A stretch of 64,000 bases of DNA from an uncultured Chloroflexia bacterium (GCA_963741635.1 CAVUIO010000012.1:195514-259513), one strand, 5' to 3'. Shown: positions 1-12,847, numbered from the stretch's first letter. Program-made: numbers and translations. The notes: a model not told the origin generated them from the sequence alone.

Positions 1-149
1 ATGGCGTACAGGATGCGGCGCTGGACAGGTTTGAGACCGTCGCGCGCGTCTGGCAGGGCGCGTGCCACGATCACGCTCATGGCGTAATCAAGGTAAGCCT
101 GCTGCATCTCCTGGTCGATGTCAATTTTTCGGACGAGGCCGAGTTCCAT
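1..149 (-). CDS. gyrA: DNA gyrase subunit A, N-terminal 49 codons (gene runs off the window start)
   Basis: Reverse-strand translation from the ATG at 149 gives [49 protein letters not shown], the conserved GyrA N-terminus (YAMSVI..RALPD.RDGLKPV.RRIL). An AAGGAG SD lies about 7 nt upstream. The fragment is too short to appear in the ORF track. Confidence 0.8.
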   Translation of the reverse strand, partial: MELGLVRKIDIDQEMQQAYLDYAMSVIVARALPDARDGLKPVQRRILYA

Positions 150-229
150 AAATGACTCCTTAAATCCACCACCAAAGGAAAAAGCGATCATTTCCTGAGA
201 GAGGTGAAAGAATGTTCTATCTTTGGTTT

Positions 230-259
230 ATCTTAAGGGGAAAGGTGGAAAAGCGTCAA
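230..259 (-). promoter_or_regulatory. Candidate sigma-70 promoter for gyrA (TTGACG-18 nt-TAAGAT)
   Basis: On the minus strand, TTGACG lies at 259-254 and TAAGAT at 235-230. The pair sits between the rpoC terminator and the gyrA start. Confidence 0.35.
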
Positions 260-263
260 GGAG

Positions 264-297
264 AAAAAAATCGAGGCAGCCAATTGGCTGCCTCGAT
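264..297 (-). terminator. Rho-independent terminator downstream of rpoC
   Basis: A perfect palindrome TCGAGGCAGCCAATTGGCTGCCTCGA is followed on the minus strand by a T7 run (A-run 264-270 on plus). It lies 50 nt after the rpoC stop. Confidence 0.7.
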
Positions 298-344
298 ATA
301 TCATTGATGGAGGGAATAGTAGTTCAAATTCATCGCGAGGATAA

Positions 345-4610
<4,266 letters not shown>

Positions 4611-4674
4611 TCATCTTCTAAATTGACACCTGCGACTGACCACCCTTGCTCCAACATTCAAGTGATGCCAGAGA

Positions 4675-4716
4675 CACACAAAAGCAAGCGCTTCGAAGCC
4701 TTTTGCTTCAAGCGCT
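4675..4716 (-). terminator. Terminator-like hairpin inside the rpoC 5-prime leader (possible attenuator)
   Basis: The minus-strand RNA reads AGCGCUUGAAGC-AAAAG-GCUUCGAAGCGCU, a stem of about 12 bp with one bulge, followed by UGCUUUUGUGUG. It lies between the predicted promoter (4759-4787) and the rpoC start (4598). Confidence 0.35.
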
Positions 4717-4758
4717 CGCTAAATGTCGCAGATAATGGTTATCTCTCAATGGAGCCGA

Positions 4759-4787
4759 ATTATACTTGTATGGTCTGATTTGGTCAA
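4759..4787 (-). promoter_or_regulatory. Consensus sigma-70 promoter for rpoC (TTGACC-17 nt-TATAAT)
   Basis: On the minus strand, TTGACC lies at 4787-4782 and TATAAT at 4764-4759 with a 17-nt spacer. The promoter is about 150 nt upstream of the rpoC ATG. Confidence 0.6.
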
Positions 4788-4834
4788 GGGAGGGATATCC
4801 TGAGAATTAATGTCCTCTCATCATGCTGCCAGGG

Positions 4835-5534
4835 TCACTCAAATTTCAGCAGCTGCAGATACGTCTTGCAAGAGCAGCGTCGAAGATCTCCTGCATCGAT
4901 CTCTTCGAGGCACCTTATACATGCCCCCAAACGATCCGTCACCATAGACATTTGCGGGCTGCGGGTGCATCCAGGATATCGGAAGGGACATGCGGTGGAG
5001 TCTTTCTCGCCTCCGGCAAGGTCTGTCACGATGGTGAAAGGGAAAGCTTCAAGCCAGTTGGCGTGGCTGGGCTTTAGTTCATGACTGCATGCGACACTTC
5101 TTCCACGCTGTGAGCCATCCACCAGGCATACCACTGTAATTAAGATCCCGGCAGGATATTGGCAAGTTCTGTTAGACGGGCTTTTCAAACCAGTGTTGCC
5201 TCCATGCCCATTCAAGAATAAGATGCGTTTGAAGCCCTGTCCATATGCCGAACGGACAATATCTTCCACGGCATCCATCAGGGTGGAAAGCCGTAGGCTG
5301 AACGTGCCCGGATACGTAAGAAAGTACGGACTTGAACCGAAATTTACTGGAGGCGCCACAAGCACCCCGTTTGTTGCGAAGCAGCATCCGCCAACGCCAG
5401 TCGGGATTTTTACATCTGATAATAAGTGAAAGATACCCATGCTGCTCACACGCTCCCACCACCAGGATCAAGCGGTCATCATGCTTTGAGATATTATCTC
5501 CACATCCATCCAGTTCAAGTTCTTCGATACGCAT
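4835..5534 (-). CDS. Creatininase (creatinine amidohydrolase) family protein, frameshifted (3 or more frame changes)
   Basis: The N-terminal frame reads MRIEELELDG..LILVVGACEQHGYLSL (the xEQHG motif). The next frame carries FKRILFLNGHGGN, and the C-terminal part is scattered over frames (SHANWLEAFPF). The 3-prime end is uncertain. Confidence 0.55.
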
Positions 5535-5596
5535 AACGCCATTATAATCGTCTTGTGACCGGGCAATTTCCCATCCCACCCCTTTTCCTCGACCGC

Positions 5597-6981
5597 ATGG
5601 CGCATTTCCTGGGTGACGAGTATCCAGACTTCGCAGAAGCACTAACCCACGATGCGGTAACACGGGCTGCAGCGTCAATACCCTGAAATTGTCGGTGGAC
5701 GAGTTCCAGAAAATCAGTCCATTTCCTCTGGGTGACAGCGTACCATGGTGCGACTCTGCATTTGTTCTTCCGCATGCCCCAATTCAGCGGATGGACCCAG
5801 GGGAGTCGATTGAACCCGGAAAACACCCTTTCCATTCAGCAGGGTTGTACTACCTCCAGGACCCTTCAGCGATGTCGGCTGCAGAATTGCTCGCTCCTCA
5901 ACCCGGCGAGCGGATCCTGGACCTGGCGGCTTCCCCAGGCGGAAAAACCACACACCTCGCCTCCTTGTTGCAGGGCAAAGGCCTGCTTGTGGCAAATGAA
6001 ATCAAGACGAAACGATTGAACCACCTGGTGGTCAACGTGGAACGCTGGGGCGCGGGGAATATGGTTGTCACCAATGAAACTCCCGAGCGACTGGCGGATC
6101 ATTTCGGTGCATGGTTCGACCGGGTACTCGTGGATGCCCCCTGCTCGGGAGAGGGCATGTTTCGCAAGGACATGGGAGCACGCCTCGACTGGTCCGAAGC
6201 GATGGTGGCTGGCTGCGCGATACGCCAGACCAACATTCTGCGCGTGGCCGCCCACCTGGTCCGTCCGGGCGGACACCTGCTTTATTCAACCTGCACATTC
6301 GCTCCGGAAGAAGACGAAGCCGTGCTGGCCCGGTTTATCGAGGAACATAATGAATTCGAAGTGGAAACCCTGCCACAACTACCAGGGTTTATGCCCGGTC
6401 ATCCGGAATGGCTTGGATTGGGAGAAAAGGCTGATCCCCTGCGTGGGGCAGTACGCCTATTCCCCCACCGCATCGCCGGGGAGGGACATTTCGCCTGCCT
6501 GCTCAAGCGGAAAGATGGGTCATCCAATGAGTCTGCTTTTCCCAGGTCCCATCCAAAAATTCCCTCCACGGAATGGAAGCTTTGGGAGGCGTTCCGTGAT
6601 GAAACCCTTGATTTGGATTTTCCTTCTGAACGGCTTCAGTTGCAGGGAGATCGCTTGTATCTCTTGCCGCAAGGTGTCCCCGACATGAAAGGATTGCGGG
6701 TGACCATCCCCGGTATCTGGCTGGGAAATGTCAAAAAAGAACGATTTGAGCCCGCCCATCCCCTGGCAGCGTTCCTGCGTTCGGGACAGGCTCATAATGA
6801 ATTATCTCTCTCTGCAGACAGCCGGGAAATGTCAGCCTATATGCGCGGCGAAGGAATACCAAATGAGGGCCGTCCGGGCTGGACGCTGGTAAGCGCAGAT
6901 GGCTGGCCTCTCGGCTGGGGCAAGCGCGTTCAGGGCGTGGTAAAGAACCATTTTCCCCGGGGCTGGCAAATCTATTCCTAG
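5597..6981 (+). CDS. NOL1/NOP2/Sun-family rRNA (cytosine-C5)-methyltransferase (RsmB/RsmF-like), one frameshift near 5655
   Basis: MAHFLGDEYPDFAEAL begins at the ATG at 5597 and joins the 5689-6981 ORF after one frame change, just before VNTLKL. The SAM and catalytic motifs are ILDLAASPGGKTTHLA, DRVLVDAPCSGEGMFRKD and LLYSTCTF. Confidence 0.85.
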
Positions 6982-6988
6982 AGGGTAA

Positions 6989-7534
6989 ATGCACGAAAAA
7001 CGTTTTGAAGGAGATATGGAAAGACTGCGCAATCCTGAAAGGCTCGCCAGACTCGAAGTGGACAGGGTGGTCGCTTTATGCCTGGAAGGCACCATTATCA
7101 AGAATATGTTGGATGTAGGCACCGGGACCGGGAGTGTTTGCCCAGGAGTTTTCCAAACATAAGGTGTCGGTGATGGGAGTGGATATAAATCCGATAATGC
7201 TTCCGGCTGCCCGCAGGTATGTGCCGTGCCGGGAACTTCTTAGTGGCTGCTGCCGAGAAGCTGCCCTTCGCAGAAGCTGGATTTGACCTGGTCTTCATGG
7301 GTTTATTGCTGCATGAATCAGACGAACAGGTCGCAGGTTTTGCGTGAGGCACGTCGGGTAACGTGTAATCGGGCAGGTATCCTGGAATGGGCATACCGTG
7401 AAGAGGACTTTGGGGCCCCACTCATTCAAAGATTAGCGCCGGAGATCTTAAAGAAAATGGCCGTGGAGGCTGGGTTCAGTAATATCGAAGAAATTCCCCT
7501 GACCAAATTAATATTTTACAGGTTGACATGCTGA
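6989..7534 (+). CDS. Class I SAM-dependent methyltransferase, frameshifted (2 or more frame changes)
   Basis: MHEKRFEGDMERLRNP...MLDVGTGTG is followed by VSVMGVDINPIMLPAAR, LPFAEAGFDLVFMGLLLHE and the ORF 7283-7534, each in a different frame. Confidence 0.6.
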
Positions 7535-7561
7535 GTATGGTTTGTGCTCCAAACGACAAAC

Positions 7562-7592
7562 AAAAGTGGCGGTCGGTACGACCGCCACTTTT
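7562..7592. terminator. Bidirectional rho-independent terminator between the convergent methyltransferase gene and leuS
   Basis: A 14-bp perfect stem AAAAGTGGCGGTCG / CGACCGCCACTTTT with a 3-nt loop. The A-run and T-run give a U-tract on both strands. Confidence 0.75.
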
Positions 7593-7595
7593 GTA

Positions 7596-10160
7596 TTAAA
7601 TTACAATATTGACCAATTTCTTTTGCGCGACGATAACTTTTCTTGGGGGCTTTCCCTCCAGGTATTTTTGAATAATTTTACTTGCCAGTGCTGCAGTCTT
7701 AATCTCCTCCTCACTGACATCCGCGGGAAGGACAACCCGATCTCGCAGTTTGCCGTTGACCTGGACTGGAATAACGATCTCCTGCTCGAGGGCGGCTTCT
7801 TCGTCTACGTCAGGCCAGGGTTGAACATGGATGGAATACTCTTGCCCGATCTGTCCCCATAATTCTTCCGCAATATGCGGACAAACAGGAGCAAGCATGC
7901 GCAGGTAGATATTCACCGCTTCCGTCCATTCCGGTGTACCAGCCACGCCAGCCTCACGCGCAGCATACATTTCATTGAGCAATTCCATCAACCCGGATAC
8001 GACCGTATTGAACTCGAATTTATTGAAGTCCCGCGTGATCCGCTTCAGCATTTGGTGAACGTGCCGGCGGAGAGCTTTGAGGGTCTCCCGGTTTCCTTCC
8101 AGGTCGGATTGGTTTGATCCCGCTATATCCTTTTTAGATACATCCATTTTGGAGGAACTCACTGATTGCCGGGTGGGCTTTGTTTCACCGGTGGAAACGA
8201 CCAGGGTCCAGACTCGCCGCAGCCATCGCACAGTCCCATCAATTCCTGTGGGATTCCAGGGAGCGCCCATATCCCAACGGGCAAAGAACATCAGGAAAGC
8301 ACGCACAGCGTCAGCACCATATCGTTTAACCAGGTCATCAGGGTCCACCACATTACCACGGCTCTTCGACATTTTCTCATTATCTTCACCCAGGACCATA
8401 CCCTGGTTGCGCAGCTGGATCATTGGCTCGGGGCCTTCAGTGATACCCATATCACGCAGTGCTTTGTGGAAAAAACGGGTGTAGATCAGGTGCATGTTGG
8501 CATGCTCGATGCCGCCGGTGTAAGTATCCACAGGCATCCAGTAATCGTATTCTTTCGGATCGAACGGACCCTGGTCGTAATGAGGTGACAGGTAGCGCAA
8601 GTGGTACCAGGATGAACACATGAATGTGTCCATCGTATCAGTCTCGCGCACCGCGGGTTCGCCGCATACCGGGCACTTGGCATTTTTCCAGGTGGGATGC
8701 AGCTTTAACGGCGATTCTCCGGTGGGTTTCCAGGCTACGTCCTCGGGCAGAAGGACAGGGAGTTCATTTTCAGGAACAGGGTTCCACCCATCTTTCTTGC
8801 AAAAGATCATCGGGATTGGCGCTCCCCAGTATCGCTGGCGGGAGATCAACCAGTCACGCAGTTTATAAATGATGGAAGCCTTGCCAATCCCTTTTTCTGT
8901 AATGAACTTTACCGCCGCCTGGAAAGCTTCATCAGCGGGCGTTCCAGTTAATGGTCCTGAATTTATCATCTTTCCGGAAGCCGGCACCGAAGCAGTTATG
9001 CTGGAACCATCCAGGGGTGGCATATCATCCGGCTGGATAACGACTCGCACCTCGATCGCAAATTTACGGGCGAACTCGAAATCCCGTTGGTCATGAGCCG
9101 GCACTGCCATGATGGCGCCGGTCCCATAGGTCATCAATACGTAGTCGGCGATCCAGATGGGAGTCCTTTCGCCATTGACCGGGTTGATTGCAAAACTGCC
9201 TGTGAAGACCCCGGTCTTTTCCTTGTCGGCTGCTTCCCGGTCGATGTCCGATTGGCGGGCAGCCTGGAGCTTGTAAGCTTCGACATCAGCCCTGTGCTCA
9301 GGTGTGGTAATTATGTCCACCAGCGGATGTTCCGGAGAAAGCACCATGAAAGTGACCCCCCACAGCGTATCCGGGCGGGTGGTAAAGACTGTTATCCGGG
9401 AATCGATGTCGGAGTTTTTATCGACGCGGTTCGAAGAGACAGGTCTGGGATCAGCCAGTGGGAAATTCACTTCGGCGCCCTCTGAACGACCGATCCAATT
9501 TGTCTGTAAAACTTTTACCCGTTCAGGCCAGTCCATCCCGGTGTAGTTCAGCAACTCATCGGCATAGGCGGTGGTCTTGAAGAACCACTGCGCCAGGTTT
9601 TTCTTGATGACCGGGGTACCACAGCGTTCGCAGTGGCGGTCTTCACCCCAGACCTGTTCACGCGCCAGGGTTGTGTTATCGTGCGGGCAAAAATCAACCG
9701 GAGAAAGCTTGCGATAGGCGAGCCCATGTTTGTAGAGCTGGATGAAGAACCATTGGGTCCACTTGTAATATTCAGGATTTGCAGAGATGGCTTCCCTGCG
9801 CCAGTCCCACATGGCACCCATCGAACGCAGTTGCCTGCGCATCTGCTCGATGTTTTCGTAGGTCCGCTTCAACGGGTGGATGCCGTCCTTGATAGCAGCA
9901 TTTTCAGCAGGGAGACCAAAAGCATCAAAGCCGATGGGCAGCATCACGTTATAGCCGTTCATGCGCATGAAGCGGGCGTGTGCGTCCGAAGGGGTAAATG
10001 CATACCAGTGACCAATATGCAGATCGCCGGATGGATATGGTAGCATGGTCAGCGCATAATGCTTGGGCCGGCTTTCATCGATGTCCGCATGATAAAGCCC
10101 GTCGGCTTCCCATTTCGCCTGCCATTTTGGTTCAATTTGAGAAGGAATATAGTCGCTCAT
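7596..10160 (-). CDS. leuS: Leucine--tRNA ligase
   Basis: An intact 854-aa ORF carrying HIGH (PSGDLHIGH) and KMSKS motifs and CP1 editing-domain-like sequence. A GAGG SD precedes the start. Confidence 0.97.
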   Translation of the reverse strand: MSDYIPSQIEPKWQAKWEADGLYHADIDESRPKHYALTMLPYPSGDLHIGHWYAFTPSDAHARFMRMNGYNVMLPIGFDAFGLPAENAAIKDGIHPLKRTYENIEQMRRQLRSMGAMWDWRREAISANPEYYKWTQWFFIQLYKHGLAYRKLSPVDFCPHDNTTLAREQVWGEDRHCERCGTPVIKKNLAQWFFKTTAYADELLNYTGMDWPERVKVLQTNWIGRSEGAEVNFPLADPRPVSSNRVDKNSDIDSRITVFTTRPDTLWGVTFMVLSPEHPLVDIITTPEHRADVEAYKLQAARQSDIDREAADKEKTGVFTGSFAINPVNGERTPIWIADYVLMTYGTGAIMAVPAHDQRDFEFARKFAIEVRVVIQPDDMPPLDGSSITASVPASGKMINSGPLTGTPADEAFQAAVKFITEKGIGKASIIYKLRDWLISRQRYWGAPIPMIFCKKDGWNPVPENELPVLLPEDVAWKPTGESPLKLHPTWKNAKCPVCGEPAVRETDTMDTFMCSSWYHLRYLSPHYDQGPFDPKEYDYWMPVDTYTGGIEHANMHLIYTRFFHKALRDMGITEGPEPMIQLRNQGMVLGEDNEKMSKSRGNVVDPDDLVKRYGADAVRAFLMFFARWDMGAPWNPTGIDGTVRWLRRVWTLVVSTGETKPTRQSVSSSKMDVSKKDIAGSNQSDLEGNRETLKALRRHVHQMLKRITRDFNKFEFNTVVSGLMELLNEMYAAREAGVAGTPEWTEAVNIYLRMLAPVCPHIAEELWGQIGQEYSIHVQPWPDVDEEAALEQEIVIPVQVNGKLRDRVVLPADVSEEEIKTAALASKIIQKYLEGKPPRKVIVAQKKLVNIVI

Positions 10161-10162
10161 AT

Positions 10163-10300
10163 CTACCTCGAAGATTTAATGTTTCCATGATTTATGAAAC
10201 TTGCATTTTCGATATTTTCCCGGGATAAAAAATGCATAACCCGGAGGCGCGCGAGAAGGCAGGCCGATCCCTCTTGTCTTCCATCATAATTTCCGAACAT
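10163..10300 (-). CDS. Hypothetical 45-aa small ORF between the T-box terminator and leuS
   Basis: AAAGGAGGTG lies 6 nt upstream of the ATG at 10300. The product is MFGNYDGRQEGSACLLARLRVMHFLSRENIENASFINHGNIKSSR, and its TAG stop sits 2 nt before the leuS ATG. I recognise no homology. Confidence 0.2.
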   Translation of the reverse strand: MFGNYDGRQEGSACLLARLRVMHFLSRENIENASFINHGNIKSSR

Positions 10301-10317
10301 CACGCACCTCCTTTCAC

Positions 10318-10596
10318 AAATAAAAACAAAAATCCCTTCATCCACTCTGGGACGAAGGGTCATTTCTCCGCGGTGCCACCCGGATTACGTTATTTCCTTG
10401 CCTGCTCCAGATTCGACCTGCAGCAATACCATGTACAAAAAAATAACGTCTCTCTGTTGCTGTAACGGGCTGTCCCGGCGCTGACTACTGGATTCACCAG
10501 CGCAGTCTCTCTTGCGAGGGCAGGCGAGTTCGGTCTCGTGGCGCTCCCGTGGGCACCGTGAAGGGCTTCCACCTCACTTTCCCTTCTCGCTGATGG
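10318..10596 (-). promoter_or_regulatory. T-box riboswitch leader of leuS, probable Leu (CUC) specifier
   Basis: The minus-strand RNA starts stem I with AGCGAGAAGGGAAAGU. A GAA-CUC-G specifier candidate is the reverse complement of 10526-10528. The T-box sequence AAUCCGGGUGGCACCGCGG is the reverse complement of about 10366-10384. A terminator follows: CCCUUCGUCC-CAGAGU-GGAUGAAGGG plus U5GU5, at 10322-10360. Confidence 0.85.
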
Positions 10597-10679
10597 GATG
10601 ACTTACTACTCCTGTCTTGACCTTGTGATTGCGACGATTATAGCACAATCGCGATCGGGTCTTGAATCGCGATTGCCTG

Positions 10680-10752
10680 TGGACCCAGCGAGATTCGAAC
10701 TCGCGACCTTCTCAATGCCATTGAGACGCGCTCCCAACTGCGCTATGGGCCC
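10680..10752 (-). tRNA. tRNA-Ala (anticodon GGC)
   Basis: The reverse complement GGGCCCATAGCGCAGTTGGGAGCGCGTCTCAATGGCATTGAGAAGGTCGCGAGTTCGAATCTCGCTGGGTCCA folds as a cloverleaf. It has the G3:U70 Ala identity pair and anticodon loop AUGGCAU. CCA is not encoded. Confidence 0.95.
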
Positions 10753-10835
10753 ATACTATATTTTATCGTTATGCAGTAAGCAGAAGGCGGGCGGTTTTGC
10801 TTGCTGCCAGCTTTTTTCATGCTACCCGCTGACTG

Positions 10836-10908
10836 TGGACCTGAGGGGATTCGAACCCCTGACCTCCTCAGTGCGATTGAGGCGCGCTCCCAACTGCGCT
10901 ACAGGCCC
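10836..10908 (-). tRNA. tRNA-Ala (anticodon CGC)
   Basis: The reverse complement is GGGCCTGTAGCGCAGTTGGGAGCGCGCCTCAATCGCACTGAGGAGGTCAGGGGTTCGAATCCCCTCAGGTCCA. It has G3:U70 and anticodon loop AUCGCAC. Confidence 0.95.
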
Positions 10909-11035
10909 GTTCTTGGGCGAACGGTATTCTACCTGACTGAGAATGGAATGTCAAGGAACCACGGTTGGGCGCAATTCCGGTCTTCCCTGTGGTCCCTTGT
11001 GATGAAGGGAGCGTGCACATCCGTCCCGGGATAGT

Positions 11036-11578
11036 CTAATTCCCTCCATTCTCCATTTCAGAAAGGATGGTGTATAGCAATTCCAAAAGGATTGCCTTAA
11101 CCGAGTCCCGGTCAGTGGCAACACATGTGATTAGTTTGACCTTGGAATCGAGCCGCAGAACGTGACGCATATCGTCGATATCCCAGGCTTCTTTCATGTC
11201 CTGCTTGTTGGCGGCCACCACATACGGGGTCGGAGCGTAGGCATGGAACGTTTCCAGGATGGAACGGGCTTCACGGAATGTCTCGGGACGGGTGCTATCC
11301 ACCATGACAATGAAACCAAGCATGCCCTCTGAAAGGATCTCCCACATAAAATCAAACCGCCGCTGACCGGGGGTGCCAAACAGGTACAACACCAGGTCGT
11401 CGTCCACCGTGATGCGACCGAAATCCATTGCTACCGTGGTCGACTCTTTAACGTTTTTTTCAGAAGGCGTGGAAATATTTCGTTCGGTGGAAACCACGTC
11501 GATTTCGCTGACTGAACGGATAAATTGAGTCTTTCCGGCATTAAAGGGACCCGTAACAACCATTTTGACCGTTTGCAT
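11036..11578 (-). CDS. Small Ras-like GTPase of the conservon CvnD / ATP-GTP-binding protein family
   Basis: Motifs are G1 GPFNAGKT, family-typical G3 LYLFGTPGQRRFDFMW and G4 ANKQD. The ORF is intact at 180 aa. Confidence 0.8.
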   Translation of the reverse strand: MQTVKMVVTGPFNAGKTQFIRSVSEIDVVSTERNISTPSEKNVKESTTVAMDFGRITVDDDLVLYLFGTPGQRRFDFMWEILSEGMLGFIVMVDSTRPETFREARSILETFHAYAPTPYVVAANKQDMKEAWDIDDMRHVLRLDSKVKLITCVATDRDSVKAILLELLYTILSEMENGGN

Positions 11579-11598
11579 TAAAACTATCCTCGATGGAA

Positions 11599-12417
11599 TT
11601 AGAGGGAACGTATCCTGGTAATCAGGCGATTAATTAGGGATTTTTGCTCATCCTTGTTTTGCGAAGGGAACACTCGTGCAGATTGCACCGGAGCTGTCCC
11701 GTCGTCGAGCCGGGTGGTCTCAACCAGACCAGCTTCGAGCAGACCATAAACGATGCGCCGGATCTCCAGGTCATTCATCCGGGTAGCAGTGGCAATCTGG
11801 CGCATGGTATTGGAGGGTTTTATATATGAAACAACCCGCCATTCCTCAACACTCAAATTGACATTCCGGAGATTAGTGCCGGGATGATCCGTAAACTTCA
11901 AGGCCATGTCGAGGCTTGGGATTTCGTCCTGCAATTGCTCCCACTCGCGCATATGCCGCGAGCCTTCGATGATCAGATTCTCAAGGTCCAAGCGGACGCT
12001 GATCCGGTCATCAGGAGGCAACACGTCATTATCGAAGTGGAAAAACCCTTCAACCCATGTGAACAGGCGCTGGATGATATTCGTAAAATGCTGTTGGAGG
12101 TTGGTCAGGATATCTTCTTGTGAAAGATAACCCGCATTGATGAGCAGCAGCCCAAGTTCCTTATCGGATATGTGGGAGGCGTTTTGCTTGATGGATTTAT
12201 ACTGCCCAGAGGAAAGTTTTTTAGCTTTGTATAAAACCTGGGACAGGCTGCCATCCTCCTGGTCTATCTGCGCATAAGACAGTTTCCCCTCTCGAAATGC
12301 GACCTTGGCAGTTTCCCTGGGACCTTCAACCACAAGCGTCCCGGTTTTATTAGCCAGTTTTATAAGGTTTAGTAATTGAGTGATGGTGAAGTCACGCAGG
12401 TTGCCGCGCAGAGCCAT
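11599..12417 (-). CDS. DUF4388 domain protein with a DUF742 (CvnC)-like C-terminal winged-helix region
   Basis: The N-terminus MALRGNLRDFTITQLLNLIKLANKTGTLVVE is the DUF4388 signature. The C-terminus LSVEEWRVVSYIKPSNTMRQIATATRMNDLEIRRIVYGLLEAGLVE resembles DUF742. The gene ends 20 nt upstream of the GTPase gene. Confidence 0.7.
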   Translation of the reverse strand: MALRGNLRDFTITQLLNLIKLANKTGTLVVEGPRETAKVAFREGKLSYAQIDQEDGSLSQVLYKAKKLSSGQYKSIKQNASHISDKELGLLLINAGYLSQEDILTNLQQHFTNIIQRLFTWVEGFFHFDNDVLPPDDRISVRLDLENLIIEGSRHMREWEQLQDEIPSLDMALKFTDHPGTNLRNVNLSVEEWRVVSYIKPSNTMRQIATATRMNDLEIRRIVYGLLEAGLVETTRLDDGTAPVQSARVFPSQNKDEQKSLINRLITRIRSL

Positions 12418-12607
12418 GCAGGTCCTCGATGGCCATCCATAGTGGGTTTAGAATTTTAAATGATTATACATGTAAGGTTGCCATGCGTCAAAGGGTTGGA
12501 ATTCAATGACCGTGGACAGACAAGTTTCATCCGACCGTATCCAAAAGTGCACAGAATTATTCAAGAAGCAGTATAATTTTTGAAAATATCCCGGGAGTTG
12601 ACCAGTG

Positions 12608-12847
12608 ATGAAAATCTCGATCGTTTATTGCACGGTTTGACATTTTACCGACCGGGCCGTGAGCCTGGCAAATGAACTACTGAACCGTTTCGAACCAAAG
12701 ATTGAGAGCATTACTCTTATCCCTTCTGATGGAAGCCGGTTTGAGGTGACTGTCAATAATACCCTCCTTTATTCCAAACTCCAGACCGGGCGGCACGCCA
12801 ATCCAGGAGAAATCCTGGAGTTGTTCACAGAATTCTTGAATAAATAA
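12608..12847 (+). CDS. SelW/Rdx-family selenoprotein (CxxU), in-frame UGA at 12638-12640 read as selenocysteine
   Basis: MKISIVYCTV-UGA-HFTDRAVSLANELLNRFEPKIESITLIPSDGSRFEVTVNNTLLYSKLQTGRHANPGEILELF... is in frame with the track ORF 12659-12847. The UGA sits exactly at the second redox position of the family CxxC/U motif. A GGGAG SD lies upstream, and GTG at 12605 is an alternative start. Confidence 0.75.
12641..12674 (+). promoter_or_regulatory. Candidate bacterial SECIS hairpin immediately 3-prime of the UGA
   Basis: The lower stem is CAUUU/AAAUG, followed by an asymmetric internal loop and an upper stem CCGGGC/GCCUGG (one G-U pair). The apical loop CGUGA contains GU and starts 18 nt after the UGA. 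Confidence 0.45.

Noticed and set aside
10598-10936. 112-aa plus-strand ORF spanning the two tRNA-Ala genes
   Set aside because: It is antisense to two well-folded tRNAs and has no SD or recognisable domain, so it is an artefact of the GC-rich tRNA sequence.
12549-12577. Promoter for the SelW-like/trpS unit (TATAAT at 12572-12577)
   Set aside because: The -10 box is perfect, but the best -35 at 17-nt spacing (GCACAG) is poor and there is no extended -10. I left it uncalled.
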